A program made the position numbers and the translations under genes. Below, piece after piece: positions 11,376 through 24,712 of a stretch of DNA of 64,000 bases (positions are counted from its first letter, which is position 1; the number at the start of each line of letters is the position of its first letter). The notes under the pieces were generated by a model, which saw only the letters and a list, made by a program, of their open reading frames with translations, searched no databases and was not told the DNA's origin. Origin of the DNA: Narcine bancroftii (Eukaryota); contig NC_091481.1 in the NCBI RefSeq assembly GCF_036971445.1, positions 69,936,001 through 70,000,000 of the forward strand, written 5' to 3'.

Positions 11376-14362
11376 CAGTGGCATAGCTAAAGTATATTCT
11401 TCAACAATTTTTAAATTCTTTAGTTCCCTTGCGCAATAAAAGTCGAACCTCATTATTTTATTATTAATTTTTTTTTATTGCATGGCCTTGGAAGAACTTT
11501 CTGGATTCATTGTTTTAATCAATCAACCTTCCAGTGTTTCGAACTGCGTGCTCAGTCTCCTGTGATGCGCTGGTGGCGGCTGGCATCTGGGGAACCAAAA
11601 CAAACCGTGACGCTACCACCTCTTCTCTGACGCTGGATGGTCCCATGGAACTTCATCTTTTTCATGTCACAAGTCGCACCCCCAGATATATGTAAGTTGC
11701 ATACATAATGACACTATTACTGAAATGTGAAATTATTGAATGTAGAATACCACTATTTGTACTATAAATAGGTCATGAAATATTTTGCGTTTACACAACT
11801 CGTTTGTTGATAAACCAAAGCAATATTGCCCAAAATCAATATTTTATAATATTCTTGTCACACGCTGATAAAGTACTGTCTGTTGTGGCATAAACAAACG
11901 TATAATTGCTTCATAGAATTTCCGATCGTTTAGTAGTAGGCTACTGACCATTATAACTTTTATGGGTGCTCGTATATAAAACTGGTTACAACTTGAAAAC
12001 GAGTATTTCTGCCGAAAATGCCTTAGACAAAGTGACCTAGAATTGTAAAACCTATCGGAAAAACATATTTTTGTTGTCGGGAAATTTGATGTGTAAAACT
12101 GCAAATTTACCCGTCTGTGCTGTTACTTGATCATGGGCCAGCTACACCTTTGTAAATATAATAGAGCTAATATTCTAAGGGTTTGTAGAAATGTCGAGCA
12201 TGGTTGGGAGGAATAGCTCTGAAGGTATTAGACTTTCTCCTTGGCTTTCAAAATTATGATAAGTTGGTGATAAAAGGTGGATGTGCAATAAAAACATTAT
12301 AATGTTGGAAGAGTGGAGAGGACATCAAATTATAGTTAATGTTGTGTTGTTTGCAAGCCGAAATACTTTGGCACCCCTGCTCTCCTACCATGGGTGCAAT
12401 TATCATTCCCTTGACTTTTGGTACTGTAGCCATAGATTTTTTTTTCTGATAAGGAATTCCATAGAGAAAAACACGAAGAAGAAGATTATCTGAATGGGAC
12501 AGAAAGATGAAAGAAGTTGCAAATCAAGTAAAAGAATTGTCAAAATTTCAGAGATTGAAATGTCATGAAATGATATGATTTAAGTGTAATGTTCATGGTC
12601 CAGTATCAACGACCCTCCTGCTATTTCAACACGGGTCATTCACAAGCCTATTTAGTGGGTTGCCAATGTGATAATAGCTGAAATCAAGGTGGCTAAGTAC
12701 TTTGCAATAATTGTTGACTCTACTATTGATACTGGTAGAACTGATCAATTTTCTTCATCTTTGCGATTATGTAACAGTAAGCGGTGATGCAGTGGAACAA
12801 TTTATACTATTCAGTGAATTACCTGGAGCAAGGTAATTTTTCAACATTCTTCTTCCAGCAATCAAAAACTTAGGGCTGTCAATAACTGTGTTGCGGTCAG
12901 TCTTACAATGGAGCAAGCACCACGTCAGGCGAAATATCTGGTCTCCAAACAAAAATGAGGGAAATCACTCCAAATGTACTCTTTACACATTGCTGTGCAT
13001 GCAATTTAAATGGTTCTAATTGATGCAGTCTGCTCCAATATTCAAACCAAGTTTTTTCAAACTCTAGAAAATGTCTATACCTTTTTTTTCTGGCAGTTTA
13101 CCATCCAGAAAGTTAACAGTAGAGGCAGACTTGCAGAATTTACCTGCACTAGTAGTTGCTCTGCAAAGAATTCTGGATTGTGCGATTAAAAAAACTGTAC
13201 TCCTAAACAGTACTTAGAAATTCTTAGTTGTTCTTATATTCTGAAGTGAAGTGGCAGACAAGGCTTTCAATTTATCTTTTATATTTACAGAAAAATAGTC
13301 TAGATCTGCTAACAGCCTCTCATTTGATTCAGCTTTTTGAAAAGATATGAAAAACAGACAAAATGAGCCTGAATCTCAATTCAAGCAGATTGAGAATGAA
13401 GCAACCAAGTTGGCTCAAAAGTGTGATTTTAATACAGAATATAAGCAGCACAGAGAACATAAAAAAGATTCCATGAAAAAAATGGCAGAGAATGAAGGAA
13501 TACTTGATGGCCCAAAGAAATTCATAGTTGAATCTTACTTAGTAATCTTACATTCTATAGATTCTATTTTAAATGGCATAAGTGAAAGATCTGAGCATTT
13601 TAAAAATGTGGCTTCCAAATTTAGTGGTTTAGATCAAAGGATTTTGACAACGCAGATAATGTGAACGAATCAGAATTTTTAGCAGACACGTACTCAGATA
13701 TCATTGACATTTAAACTGAAATCGTACAAGAGTTTATTTCATTTAAAGATGTACAAATGGATAATGAGCACAAGGAGGAAGGCAAATTCAGGTGTTGAGA
13801 AACTGACCATCAACAATGCATTAATATTCATGATCGCCAATGACGTGTTCCATTTATCCTAACTCGTCCACACATTATACCGCATTTTTCTGACTTTGCC
13901 CATAACTAGCACAGTTGCGGAACGATCCTTTAGCCGGCTCAAACACATAATTGTACCTTCATTCTACAATGGGCGAGGATAGATTGTCTGGGTTAGCTTT
14001 GGTCTTCATTGAAAGACAGTTGGCTACTGAGGTAGATTATAATGGAGTAATAGATAATTTTGCTAGAATGAAGCCTAGACAAAAATGGCTGTTGTAGTTA
14101 CTTCATACATTTTTCATATTGCTGTTTTGTTTTCATTTTATGTTTAAAATGTAAAATAATTAAATAAAACATGTTTTTATTATGCTTTGATTTTAAATAC
14201 AAAAAACACTTATGTACTTCCTTTAAAACTGCATCATCCTTGTGTTTTGATGTTAAATACAAAATAAAAATGTATAATAAATTTAAAATTATTTGGTATG
14301 CACTGTGGCACCTTTTTTAATGTGCTCGCTCCCCCTAACTGTAGAACCTGGCTACACCCCAG
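11376..14362 (+). mobile_element. Degenerate hAT (ZMYM1/Tip100-like) transposon with a frameshifted transposase
   Basis: 8-bp TSD TTGCTGAC; TIRs CAGTGGCATAGCTA / TGGCTACACCCCAG; remnants YFAIIVDSTID, THCCA.NLN, TLPITS..AERSFSRLK and STMGEDRLSGLAL. Confidence 0.9.
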
Positions 14363-16441
14363 TTGCTGACATGTCTGTCCATGGTCTCATGCACTGCCAG
14401 ATTTTTACCGATGAATGGTGGAAAGTGTGCTGACTGGCTGCATCATGGTTCTTTTTCCTTTGGGCCAGGCAGAATTACCACTTACTGGATGGTTTTGCCT
14501 GTGATATCCCCGGCTGTGTCCACTACCTTCTGCAGGGCTTTATGCTTGGGCGTGTGGCATCCCCATTCCAGACCATGATGCAGCCAGTCAGCACTCTTTC
14601 CACCATACATCGGTAAAAGTTTGCCAGGGTTTATATCATACCAAACCTCCACAAACTCCTGAGTAGAGGTGATGATATGCTTTCTTCACAATGCCATTAC
14701 TGTGTTGTCTCCAGGAAAGATTTGCTGACTGGCACAATCCTGGCTTCAGGAGTACGTGCTGAGGGACACTCTGAGGCTTGGTCAGCCAACGCAAGGGCGC
14801 TGTGGGGAAAGAAACACAATCTAGTCTTTCCAGGTACTGAGGGGAGGTTTTTTTTCCAGATTTATTGTCAGAGTACATACATGACATCACATAGAACCCT
14901 AAGATTCTATTTCCTGTGGGCCAGACAGAATTACCACTTATTGGCAGTGCAGAAAATTGTACACTATGTGCACATGCAAACAAAAAAATGTAAACAAACT
15001 GAATGTGCAATAGAGATGGAAAAAAATCATTAAAGTGCAAAAGTCGAGTCCTTAAATGAGTTCCTGATCAAGTTGTTGAGTCTGATGGTGGAGAGGTAGT
15101 AGCTGTTCCTGAACCTGGTAGCATGAGTCTTGTGACACCTTTACCTCTTTCTGGATGACAAGGTGATCGGAAAAGGTAAATTTTTGTGCTGTATGGGTCT
15201 ATCATGAACACACATCTCAGCTGTCAGTAAGGCTCAACAATGACTACTTCTTGAGAAAACTGAAGTGGGCAAGGCTACCGTCCATCATCACGTCAACCTT
15301 CTATTTGGAGCATCCTTGCCAGCTGCATCCAGGATCGTCAGAAAGGATCTGTGGAGTCTATACCTCCCACATTATCTACCGGGATCGTTGTCTGAAGATG
15401 GCATGCAAAAATCATTGATGCCCCCTTCCACCCTATACACAGCATCTTTCAGCTGTTCCTGTTAGGGAAGAGATACAGGAGTATTAAGAACCAGCACCAC
15501 CGGGCTGAGGAACAGCTTCTTCCCAGAGGCAGTGAGAATGCGGAACGACCAAAGGAACTGCTCACACTGACCCTCCAAGACACTCATTACAAAACAGTAT
15601 TTTATAGATAAAATACTTGCCCTGCATTATGTATTGTTTATCTTTAAGTGTTTCATGTCTGGTTGTGTGCATGTTTTGCACTGAGGAGATTTGTCAGGTG
15701 GTACTTGTGCAATCATAATAAAAACTTGACTTGAACATCAAGTCTTGTCCAACACAATCTCATTTGGGGACTGAATTCTTGCCTTGATCCATCGAAGGAT
15801 AATGACAAGTAAAACAGGACAAAAAGTGTGTGAAGCAAATAAATGAAACTAAGAATCTTGGGAAAGGAGAATCACAGAGAAATAATTGATTACCTATCCA
15901 TAATCTCAAGTATGTCATTCTGTCCTAGCTCCCTCCTGTTCATTTAATTTTCTCTTATATTTATGCTTTTTATCCATGTTAAACTTGACATTCTAATATT
16001 GTTTCAATATCCTAACTGGATTTGTTAATGATTAAATCACTGGCTAATCCCATTGATTGATCATGTTCTGGCACCACTCTCAATAGCACTCAAAGAATCT
16101 TAAACATTTGTCAACTATTCCATTTCACAGATGCTATGGAAAGCAATTTGATAACAAGTCACACAAGGAGATGTTAGGACAGATGGCCAAAATGTTGTCC
16201 GCCTGCTAGGATTTGAGGAGTATCCGAAAGAGGTTGAGAGAACCTTCCCCCACTAAAATGGTTCCTTCATTAGTGGTTCTGAGACCAGTCATTACTTTGA
16301 GTCAGTACAGGCAGAACCAGCATTCAAGTGGTTTGTGTATCTCACCACAGACTTAACTCATTGAGCTCTCAATTTTAGTCCATCCATACTTGCAACCAAA
16401 TGAGCAATACAATCACAGAAAATGCAACTGTTAGCATCAAT

Positions 16442-16447
16442 TTTATT
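16442..16447 (-). terminator. Probable HMOX1 poly(A) signal AATAAA, giving a 3' UTR of about 1.2 kb
   Basis: Minus-strand AATAAA followed by T/GT-rich sequence. Other AATAAA sites occur near 17180 and 17417. Confidence 0.5.
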
Positions 16448-17669
16448 TCAAAGGCAGCAGTCTGTATTGAAATTGTTGCAAGTTTTACAAATATTTATAC
16501 ACAAAGCATCAAAAATAGAAAATTGTTTACAACTTTTAGTTACAAGTGGTTACAAGGAAAACAGTACTTCATGGAGCCATTGGGGGGAGTGTAAAGAGAA
16601 AGATTCACAGTGGAAACATTCAAGGGCGGAATTCCATAGTTTATGGCCTATGCAGCTGAAGGCCTGGTAGAACACAGAAGTGGGGATCCAAATCTCAATT
16701 GAACTTCAACCTTTAAACCAACAACATTTAGAACATCACAGAAACAGGCCCTTCTGATCTTCAAGTCTGTGCAGAACTATTATTCTGCCTCATTCCACTG
16801 ACCCGCACCCAATCCATAAGCCTCCATACCCCTCCCATCCACGTGCCTCCAAATTTTTCTTGTTTGTTGAAATTGAGCCTGAATTCACCACTTCATCTGG
16901 CAGCTTATTCCACAGCCCCACAAGTCCAGTTTCTCCTAGTTTCCCATTTCTCATTGTCTGATGTAAAGAAACAGGACACTGGATATTCCCCCAGGAAGCT
17001 GCCGATGCACTTTTTTTTTTATATTTACACTGACTTTTTCAGTAAGATTATTTTCAGATACTGAGCAAGGCAGGTTAATGCAATTTGGGTGCAGATCATT
17101 TCTGCTCTAATTGAAATGTGGAAGCACCTCAAGGAGTTGACTGGCTGCCTCCTGTTCTTGTATTTTCTTCCCTGAGTTTTTATTCCAGTACCTTCTACCT
17201 GAAACAGTCCTGAAACAGGACAATATGCCTGGTCCTCCAGAACAATGATCTGGAGCAGTTTCTGTACTGGGTTCTTTCACACAGGCTGGAGCTCCCACTT
17301 TTCAACTGATCCTTTCAAGAGCTCCCAGAGCACTTGAAAGCCACCGAAAATCTCAACAACCAGACGGTCTATTTTAAATGTGATTGGCTCAGAATTAAAT
17401 ACTTGCTGGGTCCACTTTATTGTCACTTTTTACAATGTGCTGAGGAGATCCTTTGTCCAAAAGACAACATCTCTATCAGTACAACACTGTACTGTAACGT
17501 CAGCCTCGATCATGTGATCTAGTCGCTGCTGTAAGATTTGAACCTAAACCCACCTGACTATGAGGCAAGAATTCTACTCAGAGCTGCAGCTAACATGATA
17601 CAATTCAGTTAGTGCTGCAGGAGATGAGGTCTGTTCAGTTTGAAACCCTGTGCTTTATGTTCAGCAGGC

Positions 17670-17809
17670 TCATAATAGATACCATCCAATACCAAGGGAC
17701 ATAGCCACTAAGCCAAGAAGGACAGTGAGTCGCAGGCCTGGACTGTCTGTCAGTGAATCACATGGTTGTAATGGCAATTCCCAAGTACTTCCTGTGTGCA
17801 TTGATTGTC
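17670..17809 (-). CDS. HMOX1: HMOX1 terminal exon, GQSMHTG...PGLRLTVLLGLVAMSLGIGWYLL*: C-terminal ER tail anchor
   Basis: ttcacag| acceptor in phase 1; hydrophobic tail typical of HO anchors; TGA at 17672-17670. Confidence 0.9.
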
Positions 17810-17983
17810 CTGTGAAGTAAATAGATTACAGTCATTAGTTGATTGGAATCAGCTAACAGTTTAAGTGTACTTGTATGTTATATAGAAGTTCTAAGCATCC
17901 TTTTTACTTTTAGAGGCAATTGTATTCCTTTTGTTAGTGAATCCTTTTTGCAGAGGGGTAGAGGTGCAAATAATCTTAGTTAA

Positions 17984-18394
17984 TAGGTCCTTTCAAACTG
18001 CTGTGTAAAATGGGGTTAACCCTAACCCTAGTTACACGGCAGTTAGAAAGGGTCTGACCCTGTCAACCCTGTCAGAATCCAACCGGGTCCCTGACCTACC
18101 TCAGAGGTAGTCAGGGAAACCAGTTAAACTTACCTAGGTCATGCCCACAGGTGATTTGAAAATGAAAGTAGCAGACCCATTTATTCTGGTGATGTCAGGA
18201 CTTGTGTGAGTGACCAGGCAGCCAGCATCCAAACATTCAGCAGTACTTCCGAGAGTACATGACGTGTCATTATGGGGCAGGGTTCCCCTATTAAATTGCC
18301 AGGCAATTTAAAAAGTGCTTCCAGCACCTTTGCCCCAGTAATCACAGCTGGGTTGCAGGAGGGCTACCCAGGTGCTGCAATTTAAAAGAGGCTA
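17984..18394. mobile_element. MITE-like element, possibly PIF/Harbinger, in the last HMOX1 intron
   Basis: Imperfect TIRs TAGGTCCTTTCAAACTGC / GCAATTTAAAAGAGGCTA and an internal palindrome. Confidence 0.45.
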
Positions 18395-18484
18395 ACCCAC
18401 TTGACCAGAGCATCAGTTACTCGCTAACAATTACCCCCTCTCAGTCTTCGTCACCCAGTCATGATCCCATCGAATTTCCCTTAC

Positions 18485-18575
18485 CCTGAACAATGTTACG
18501 TTTCCGGATCTTGCTCTGGTGCACAAAGCCATTTCTCTCGGACCCGGAGCTCAGTCTCTGGAGTTCATTGAAGAC
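18485..18575 (-). CDS. HMOX1: HMOX1 exon 4b (91 nt), VFNELQRLSSGSERNGFVHQSKIRKRNIVQ, phase-1 donor
   Basis: ttgcag|/G|gtaag boundaries; basic IRKR patch at the position of HO-1 LRQR. Confidence 0.9.
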
Positions 18576-19289
18576 CTGCAATGAGAAGAGGTTTTTTTTT
18601 CCCATTCCAAAAGGATTTGTAGCAACTGACTTAAGGTGTGGAAGACCAAGTTTCTCAATCATTGCAATACCATAATGCAGAAAGACTCAAAGAGCCATAT
18701 GCCCAGAGTAGGGGCATCATAAAGTGAGTGGGGAGAGAGGAACCTGCTGGGTAACTTTTTATTTCACACAGAGGGTGGTCAGTGTAACAAGCTGCCAGAG
18801 GAGGTGATGGAGTCAGGTACTATTGCAATGTTTAAGAAACATCTGGGCAGATACATGGATAGAATGGATTTAGAGGGATATGGGCCAAACACAGGCAGGA
18901 GAGTCTGGAATCTTGACCATACCTTGATGAAGGGCTCAGTGTAAAACATTGTTTACATGGCTTTGCCACCTATGGAGACTGGAGGATGTGCTGAGTTTCT
19001 CCAGCACTTTTGTGTATTAACTAGAATCCTCAATGTCTCCATTCTAATCAACAATGAAAAGTTAGTCTGAAAATTAAATAAACTGCAGACACTGGAAAGC
19101 TGAATCAAAAAGGAAAAAATTCTGACAAAGGGCCACAGACACTTACGGAATAACAATTGTTGATCAGATTCAAGATTTTTAATTTAGACACAGCATGTTA
19201 ACAGGTCTTTCCAGCTCATGGCCAATTAACCTATGACCCCGTGAGCAGATTAATCCAAAGATCAAACGAACTCCATTCTGTATAACCAT

Positions 19290-19790
19290 ATACAGCACAG
19301 AACAGGCCAGTTTGGCCCTACTAGTCCATGCCAGAACAAATCCCCACCCTCCTAGTCCCACTGACCAGCACCTGGTCCATACCCCTCCAATCCTCTCCCC
19401 TCCATGTAATTATCCAGTCTTTCCTTCAATGTAAATAACATCCCTGCTTCAACCACCTCTGCTGGAAGTTTATTTCACATCCCAACCACCCTTTGCATGA
19501 AGAAATTTTCCCTCAATTTTCCCCCTGCAATCTCAAACCATGGCCTCTGGTTTGAATATCCCCCACTCTTAATTAAAAAAGCCTATCCACATTGACTCTG
19601 TCCCTTTTAAAATCTTGAACACCTTCATCAAATCCCCCCTCAATCTTCTACGCTCCAGAGAAAAAAGCCCCAGGCTGCTCAACCTTTCTCTGTCACTCAA
19701 ACCCTGACATCCTTTCAACATTCTCGTGAACCTTCTCTGCACTCTCTTGATTTTGTTTATCACCTTCCTCTCGTTTGGTGACCCAAACTG
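19290..19790 (-). mobile_element. CR1 LINE 3' fragment
   Basis: Translation RVQRRFTRML...LGLFSLERRRLRGDL. Confidence 0.85.
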
Positions 19791-19838
19791 CTAAAGCTGA
19801 GGAAACATCAAAAACAAATATAGACAAGTTTTAATAAT

Positions 19839-19983
19839 CAGGTAGTCCCCAAATTATGACCTGTATACAGTACTTTTAATACAAAATATGTACTCGCACA
19901 GCAGTTTTAAAGATTTTTTTAAAAATTCAATTGTATGTGCAAGTGGATGCAACTTGCATAGATCAAAAGTTAAGGACTACCTG
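19839..19983. mobile_element. Tigger/pogo-like MITE, present in intron 3b but absent from the homologous intron 3a
   Basis: Perfect 10-bp TIR CAGGTAGTCC / GGACTACCTG. Confidence 0.7.
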
Positions 19984-20015
19984 TCCTGCAAACTAAATGA
20001 GAACCATTCCCTTAC

Positions 20016-20507
20016 TTCCACGTTGAGCTGAAAAGCCCTGTTCGCCTCTTCCAGGATTCTCTGCTGTATCTCCCCGTTGGTTTCCAGTGTGTTCATGCGT
20101 GCACGGTACAGCTGCTTGAACTTATTTGCGCTGGTGATCCGGTCAAAGGTGAAGAACGCAACCCCTTCACCAGTGCTTGGCAGCTGCAATGCTTTCTGGG
20201 CTACCTTCTTCAGCACCTGGCCTCCTGACAGGTCACCCAGATACCTGATGTAGGCATGAGCAACCAGCAGCTCTGGTTCCTTACGCCCCACGTGCTGGAT
20301 CCGTGACACGTACAACTCAGTAGCCTTCGGACAAGTGATGTGGTTCTTCCATTCTGGCCCATGGAAGTATTCCAGGTCACGCTCCAAGGCTTCCTTCCGG
20401 TTCAGCTCGGAGGGAAAGTGGACAGGGGCAAAGGCTGGGTGGTCTTTGTTCCGCTCAATCTCCTCTTCCAGGGCAGTGTAGATGAAGTAGAGAGAGTTGA
20501 GTAACAG
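20016..20507 (-). CDS. HMOX1: HMOX1 exon 3b (492 nt), core of catalytic domain B
   Basis: tag|/|gtaag boundaries; intact HO signature; about 92% amino-acid identity to exon 3a. Confidence 0.97.
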
Positions 20508-21528
20508 CTAGAGTAGGGAAGAGAAGCAAGAGGTTGGTGAATGAGGCCTTGCACACTGTTGGGGAACATTCTCATCAGAAAGGGATGAGGGTGGATTGTG
20601 CAAGAGGATTCAGACAGAGGGCAAAATTAAATCAATAATAATGGAGAGGTCACAGGGACAAGGTAGGAAAGGGAAAGAGCAAGCCCATTCTCCAAAAAAA
20701 AACTGAAAAAGCACTACATTGTCCCAGTGGCCATCTTTCAATCTGTATTCAGTCAGATAGAATTCAAATATTCAGTGGGACTATTCAAGGAAGATTAGCA
20801 GAGTTTCCCATATTTGTCCCTCCACCAACATCACTGGACAGAAAATTCAGATATTTCCTCTGTTTTGGGTCGTGCTGTTGTCAAATTGGCCACTTCGTTT
20901 CCCATGTTGCAAGGGTGACTGCATTTGAAAGGGGTTACAGGGGTGAGAGGTGGATTTTCTAAATGGAGAGGAGTTCTTTTTGCCTTGTAGGGACTAAAGT
21001 GGGGGGGGGAAGCAAGAGGACATTGAACAGAGGGCAGCAAAAATGGCATAGCTTGGTGAGTTTTCTAACAAGTTTGAAGATGCTCTAAGGCAGAGAGAGG
21101 ACACTGATGTCCTGAATAAATGAGAGCTAGATGTCTGACTAATATTGAGGGAGTCCTGGTTGGAGGAGCAGTACCTGCTGTGCCAGAGCAAAGTATTAAA
21201 AAAACGCTGTACAAGGGGAAAGCAGCTAGAATGGCGACTTCCCAAGGACATTCTTCAACTCTGACGCTGTCTCCCTCCCCAAGTTTATCAAGCCATACAG
21301 ACCAGGAGAGACCCTGTTTAACTCCTGGTCAGAGCCACTTGCCCTCAACTTTCCCCATACTGAGGTGAGAAAGACAGCTGACCTCTCCACCCCCAATTTG
21401 CTAGGTTCAGAAAGAAAGGTGTGGGGGGGAACGACAGTGGGAAAGAGAATGGAAAGGCCAAATAAAAGAATGTGAATCAACAATTACATTTTAATTTTCA
21501 ATTAAGTGAACCATTCCTGTGTTTATAC

Positions 21529-21649
21529 CTTAAATTGATCCCACGTGATCTGGCCCTTCTGAAAGTTCTTCATGAATTCGGAGTTTTCGGCCAATTCATG
21601 GGCCTCCCTAGTGGCCACCTTCAGAGCTTCTGAGAGGTCATTGGGCATG
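21529..21649 (-). CDS. HMOX1: HMOX1 exon 2b (121 nt), [41 protein letters not shown], with the second proximal His
   Basis: tttag|/|gtataa boundaries; paralogous to exon 2a; phase-2 entry. Confidence 0.95.
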
Positions 21650-23239
21650 CTAAAGGCAGAGGTCAGAGGGAAGGGTTAGATGGGACTAATCTCAATATCA
21701 GTGCAATCCCCAGTGCTGTATTCAAGCAGATTCATCTCCATTAAAAACATAGCTACTACTACAATACACAAATGTGCTGGAGAAACTCAGAAGGATCCAT
21801 AGAAAGAAAAGGGTAACCAACATTCTGGGCCTGGGCCCTTCGTCAGGTTGCAAGCAAAAATAGGCAGATGCCTCAGTAAAAAAGCTGGAATTGGGGCAGA
21901 GGGTGGGAAATGGGAGAGGAAGAAGAAAGGGACAGGGGAGGAGCACAGGCGAATAGGCAAAAGGTCATGGGTAGAGCCAGCAAGATTCCTTCCAGCCTAT
22001 GCTTCTGTTTGAGTCTTGACATAAAGAGCAGGTTTTTCTATCATGAAAGACATTATGCAGTGTTTGCAAGCCTGGAAGGGCAATCTGGTATATCCTGGAG
22101 TAATGTAAATTAATTCCCTCTGCCTATCCCAAATGAAATTATTGCAGGCTATTGAAAATTTCCATATTGCCCTATCCCATATTCCTGTGGTTCAGCCACC
22201 TGTTACTCAACCACCTCATCACCAGGAGGTGTTGGTAATGTGCCTACTTTAACCCTGAATGGTGACCAGGGTGAATGAGGAATGGGTTGCTGGTGCAGCA
22301 GATGCCAGCAATCCAATTCAGGGCCATGTTCAACAAATGTTCCCTGTTTCTTCCCCCCTTCCCCCACCCCCCAGACAGCAGAGCTAGGGGAGCATTTCTT
22401 GCCAGATCTCTTTCTGGACACCTACGAGGTACTAATTTTAAGGCTGGTGTCGAAAAGGCCTCTCCTTGCCCTTCTCCACTCAACTCATGTATTTCCTTAG
22501 CTCAGTAGGTTTGCCAATCAATGTCAGACTCCAATGTTTTACCGGTCCTAGGTGTTGCAAAGGCTGGGCCTGGCCCCGTGACTACACAATGTCCCAGTCA
22601 GCTGAACTGTCACACCACCTATCCTTCATGGAAACATTTTTCTACACAAAAACCTTTGCCTACAAAGCCATCAGGCAGTGGACAACATTGGAATGTCCTG
22701 TTATCCAAGACGACCCATCCTGGGACCATCATATTGATGTAATCATGAAGAAGGAACACCAGTGGCTAGATTTTGTTGAGTTTGAGGAGATTTGGTACGT
22801 CACTAGAAACTGTTGCAAATTTCTACAGGTGTACCCAGGAGAGCATTCTAACTGGTTGCATCAGTGACTGATAGAGATGCCAATGCATAGGACAGGAAAA
22901 GGATACAGAGGTTTCTAAACTTAGCCTCATCTTGGGCATCAGTCTTCACTCCACAAGGACATCTTTAAGAGGTGGTACCACAAGAAAGTAGCCTCTATCC
23001 TCAAGGACCCTCATCACCCAGGCCATGCCTTCTCACTGCTACCATCAGGAAGGTTATAGGAGCTCAAAAACATTGAGTATTACAAATACAGCATCTCTCT
23101 TTCTGCCATCAGATTTCTGAATAGACACCACTTTTTTTTGCACTAGAATTTAGCATCTTGTTCTGCAAAATACCACTGCAACAAAACCACAAATTTCATG
23201 ACACACGTTCACGGCAATAAACCAGATTCTGATTCTAGA

Positions 23240-23955
23240 ACGCCTCATCGCCAGTGCTTACAAACAAGCAGTAGGACTTGGCCTGGCTGGCAGGGAGAAG
23301 AACCCTCCTGAACAACCAGAACATCAACCCCCCCCTCAACACATTGTTCCTAGAATGTCTGGAGTGGAGGCTGTAGCCCACCTTTGCAAAATGTAAATTG
23401 GCTAAGAGTGTGTGGAGGATGCAAGGGTCCTGGTCACAGTTCATCCCCACCAGCATGACAGAGGACCGAGTTACAGGCTGCTCCCAGGGACACATCCAGT
23501 GTCAGACATCTAGAACTCTGGAAGACCAGCAAATCAGTGAAAGATGCCCATAATTTGTTGGTCTTCCAGCACATGGAGATGTTGGTGAGGGAATCCCACT
23601 GACTGGCACATTCCAGACAGCAGGACTACATGCCAAGGGACACACTGATGCTTGGCACAACCAATGCAAGAGCGCTGTTGTGGGAGGGGTGGGGTGGGGG
23701 AGAAAGAAGGACCACAATATAGAGTCCTTCCATTACCAGGCATTGAGGGGCTGAGACTGAGGGGGAAGTACCTCCAACATCAGAGGACAGAATAACAACA
23801 AAGTAGAACAGTGGCAGTATTGGTGTTAATAGAAATGAATGTAAAAAATGCACAGTGATGGAAATTTATGGATTGAAATTAAAGGTGGGAAAAGGCTATG
23901 AACAGTTTTCCTTTTGCAAATAATTTATTGTGAAAAAAGTCCATTTTTGATTTAA
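23240..23955 (+). mobile_element. Degenerate Tx1/L1-clade LINE 3' fragment in the inter-domain intron
   Basis: Degenerate ORF2 C-terminal motifs (VAHL, SVKDA, NLLVFQ, LQDY..RD) and a decayed 3' tail. Confidence 0.55.
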
Positions 23956-24406
23956 AAGAACTGTCATTGGGAAAAGCTCAAGGAACACCTCAAGGTGGTT
24001 GCATTTACCAGTTGGGTCATTAACCTGTCCACACAATGGTTTGTGTGTATCTCAACTGATAGGCACCGCCTCCCCAAAATCTTGGGAAACCAACAAGAGC
24101 ACAAAAGTCTGCAAAATCTACAGAAATGCTGGAGGAACTCAGCCGCTCTCACAGTATCCATAGGAGATAGATATTGACTCAGGCCCAAAGTGTCAGTAAT
24201 ATATCTTTACTCCTACAGATGCAGTAAGACCTCCAGAGTTCCCCCAGCATTTCTGTATATTTTTAAAACCAACAGTTTACTCCCATTTACACATTGAAGT
24301 AGCAACTGTGGCACTGCGTCATTAGTGGCGAGGTAGAGGGACTTTTACTTTGCTGCTCAATGCCATGTTGTGACTGAAAGTTCACACCCTGATGCTGAAT
24401 TCCTAC

Positions 24407-24471
24407 CTGCCATTCATGATGTTACTGTTCTTCTGGTCCTTTGCTCCCAGCTGCAACAGTTCCTCAAAGAC
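24407..24471 (-). CDS. HMOX1: HMOX1 exon 4a (65 nt), VFEELLQLGAKDQKNSNIMNG: end of domain A plus inter-domain linker, phase-2 donor
   Basis: ccactgcag| acceptor; VFEEL is homologous to the start of HO-1 exon 4. Donor CAG|GTAGGA; read-through meets TAG immediately. Confidence 0.85.
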
Positions 24472-24712
24472 CTGCAGTGGAAATAAGTTGAAGCAATTGG
24501 AGGACAAGACTATGAGATTGAGCAAGTCTCAGAGGAGGCCTGACTAGGACAGCTTTGGGGTGACAGGGCCAGGACTAGGGCAGTCCTAGAGCAAAAGTAA
24601 GCAGATTTATGTAAAGGTCAAATGAACCCCACTCTACAGCTGAGAAAGCATCAAAAACAAAATACAGACAAGTTTTAATAACACAATAATCTAAATGAGA
24701 CCATTCACTTAC

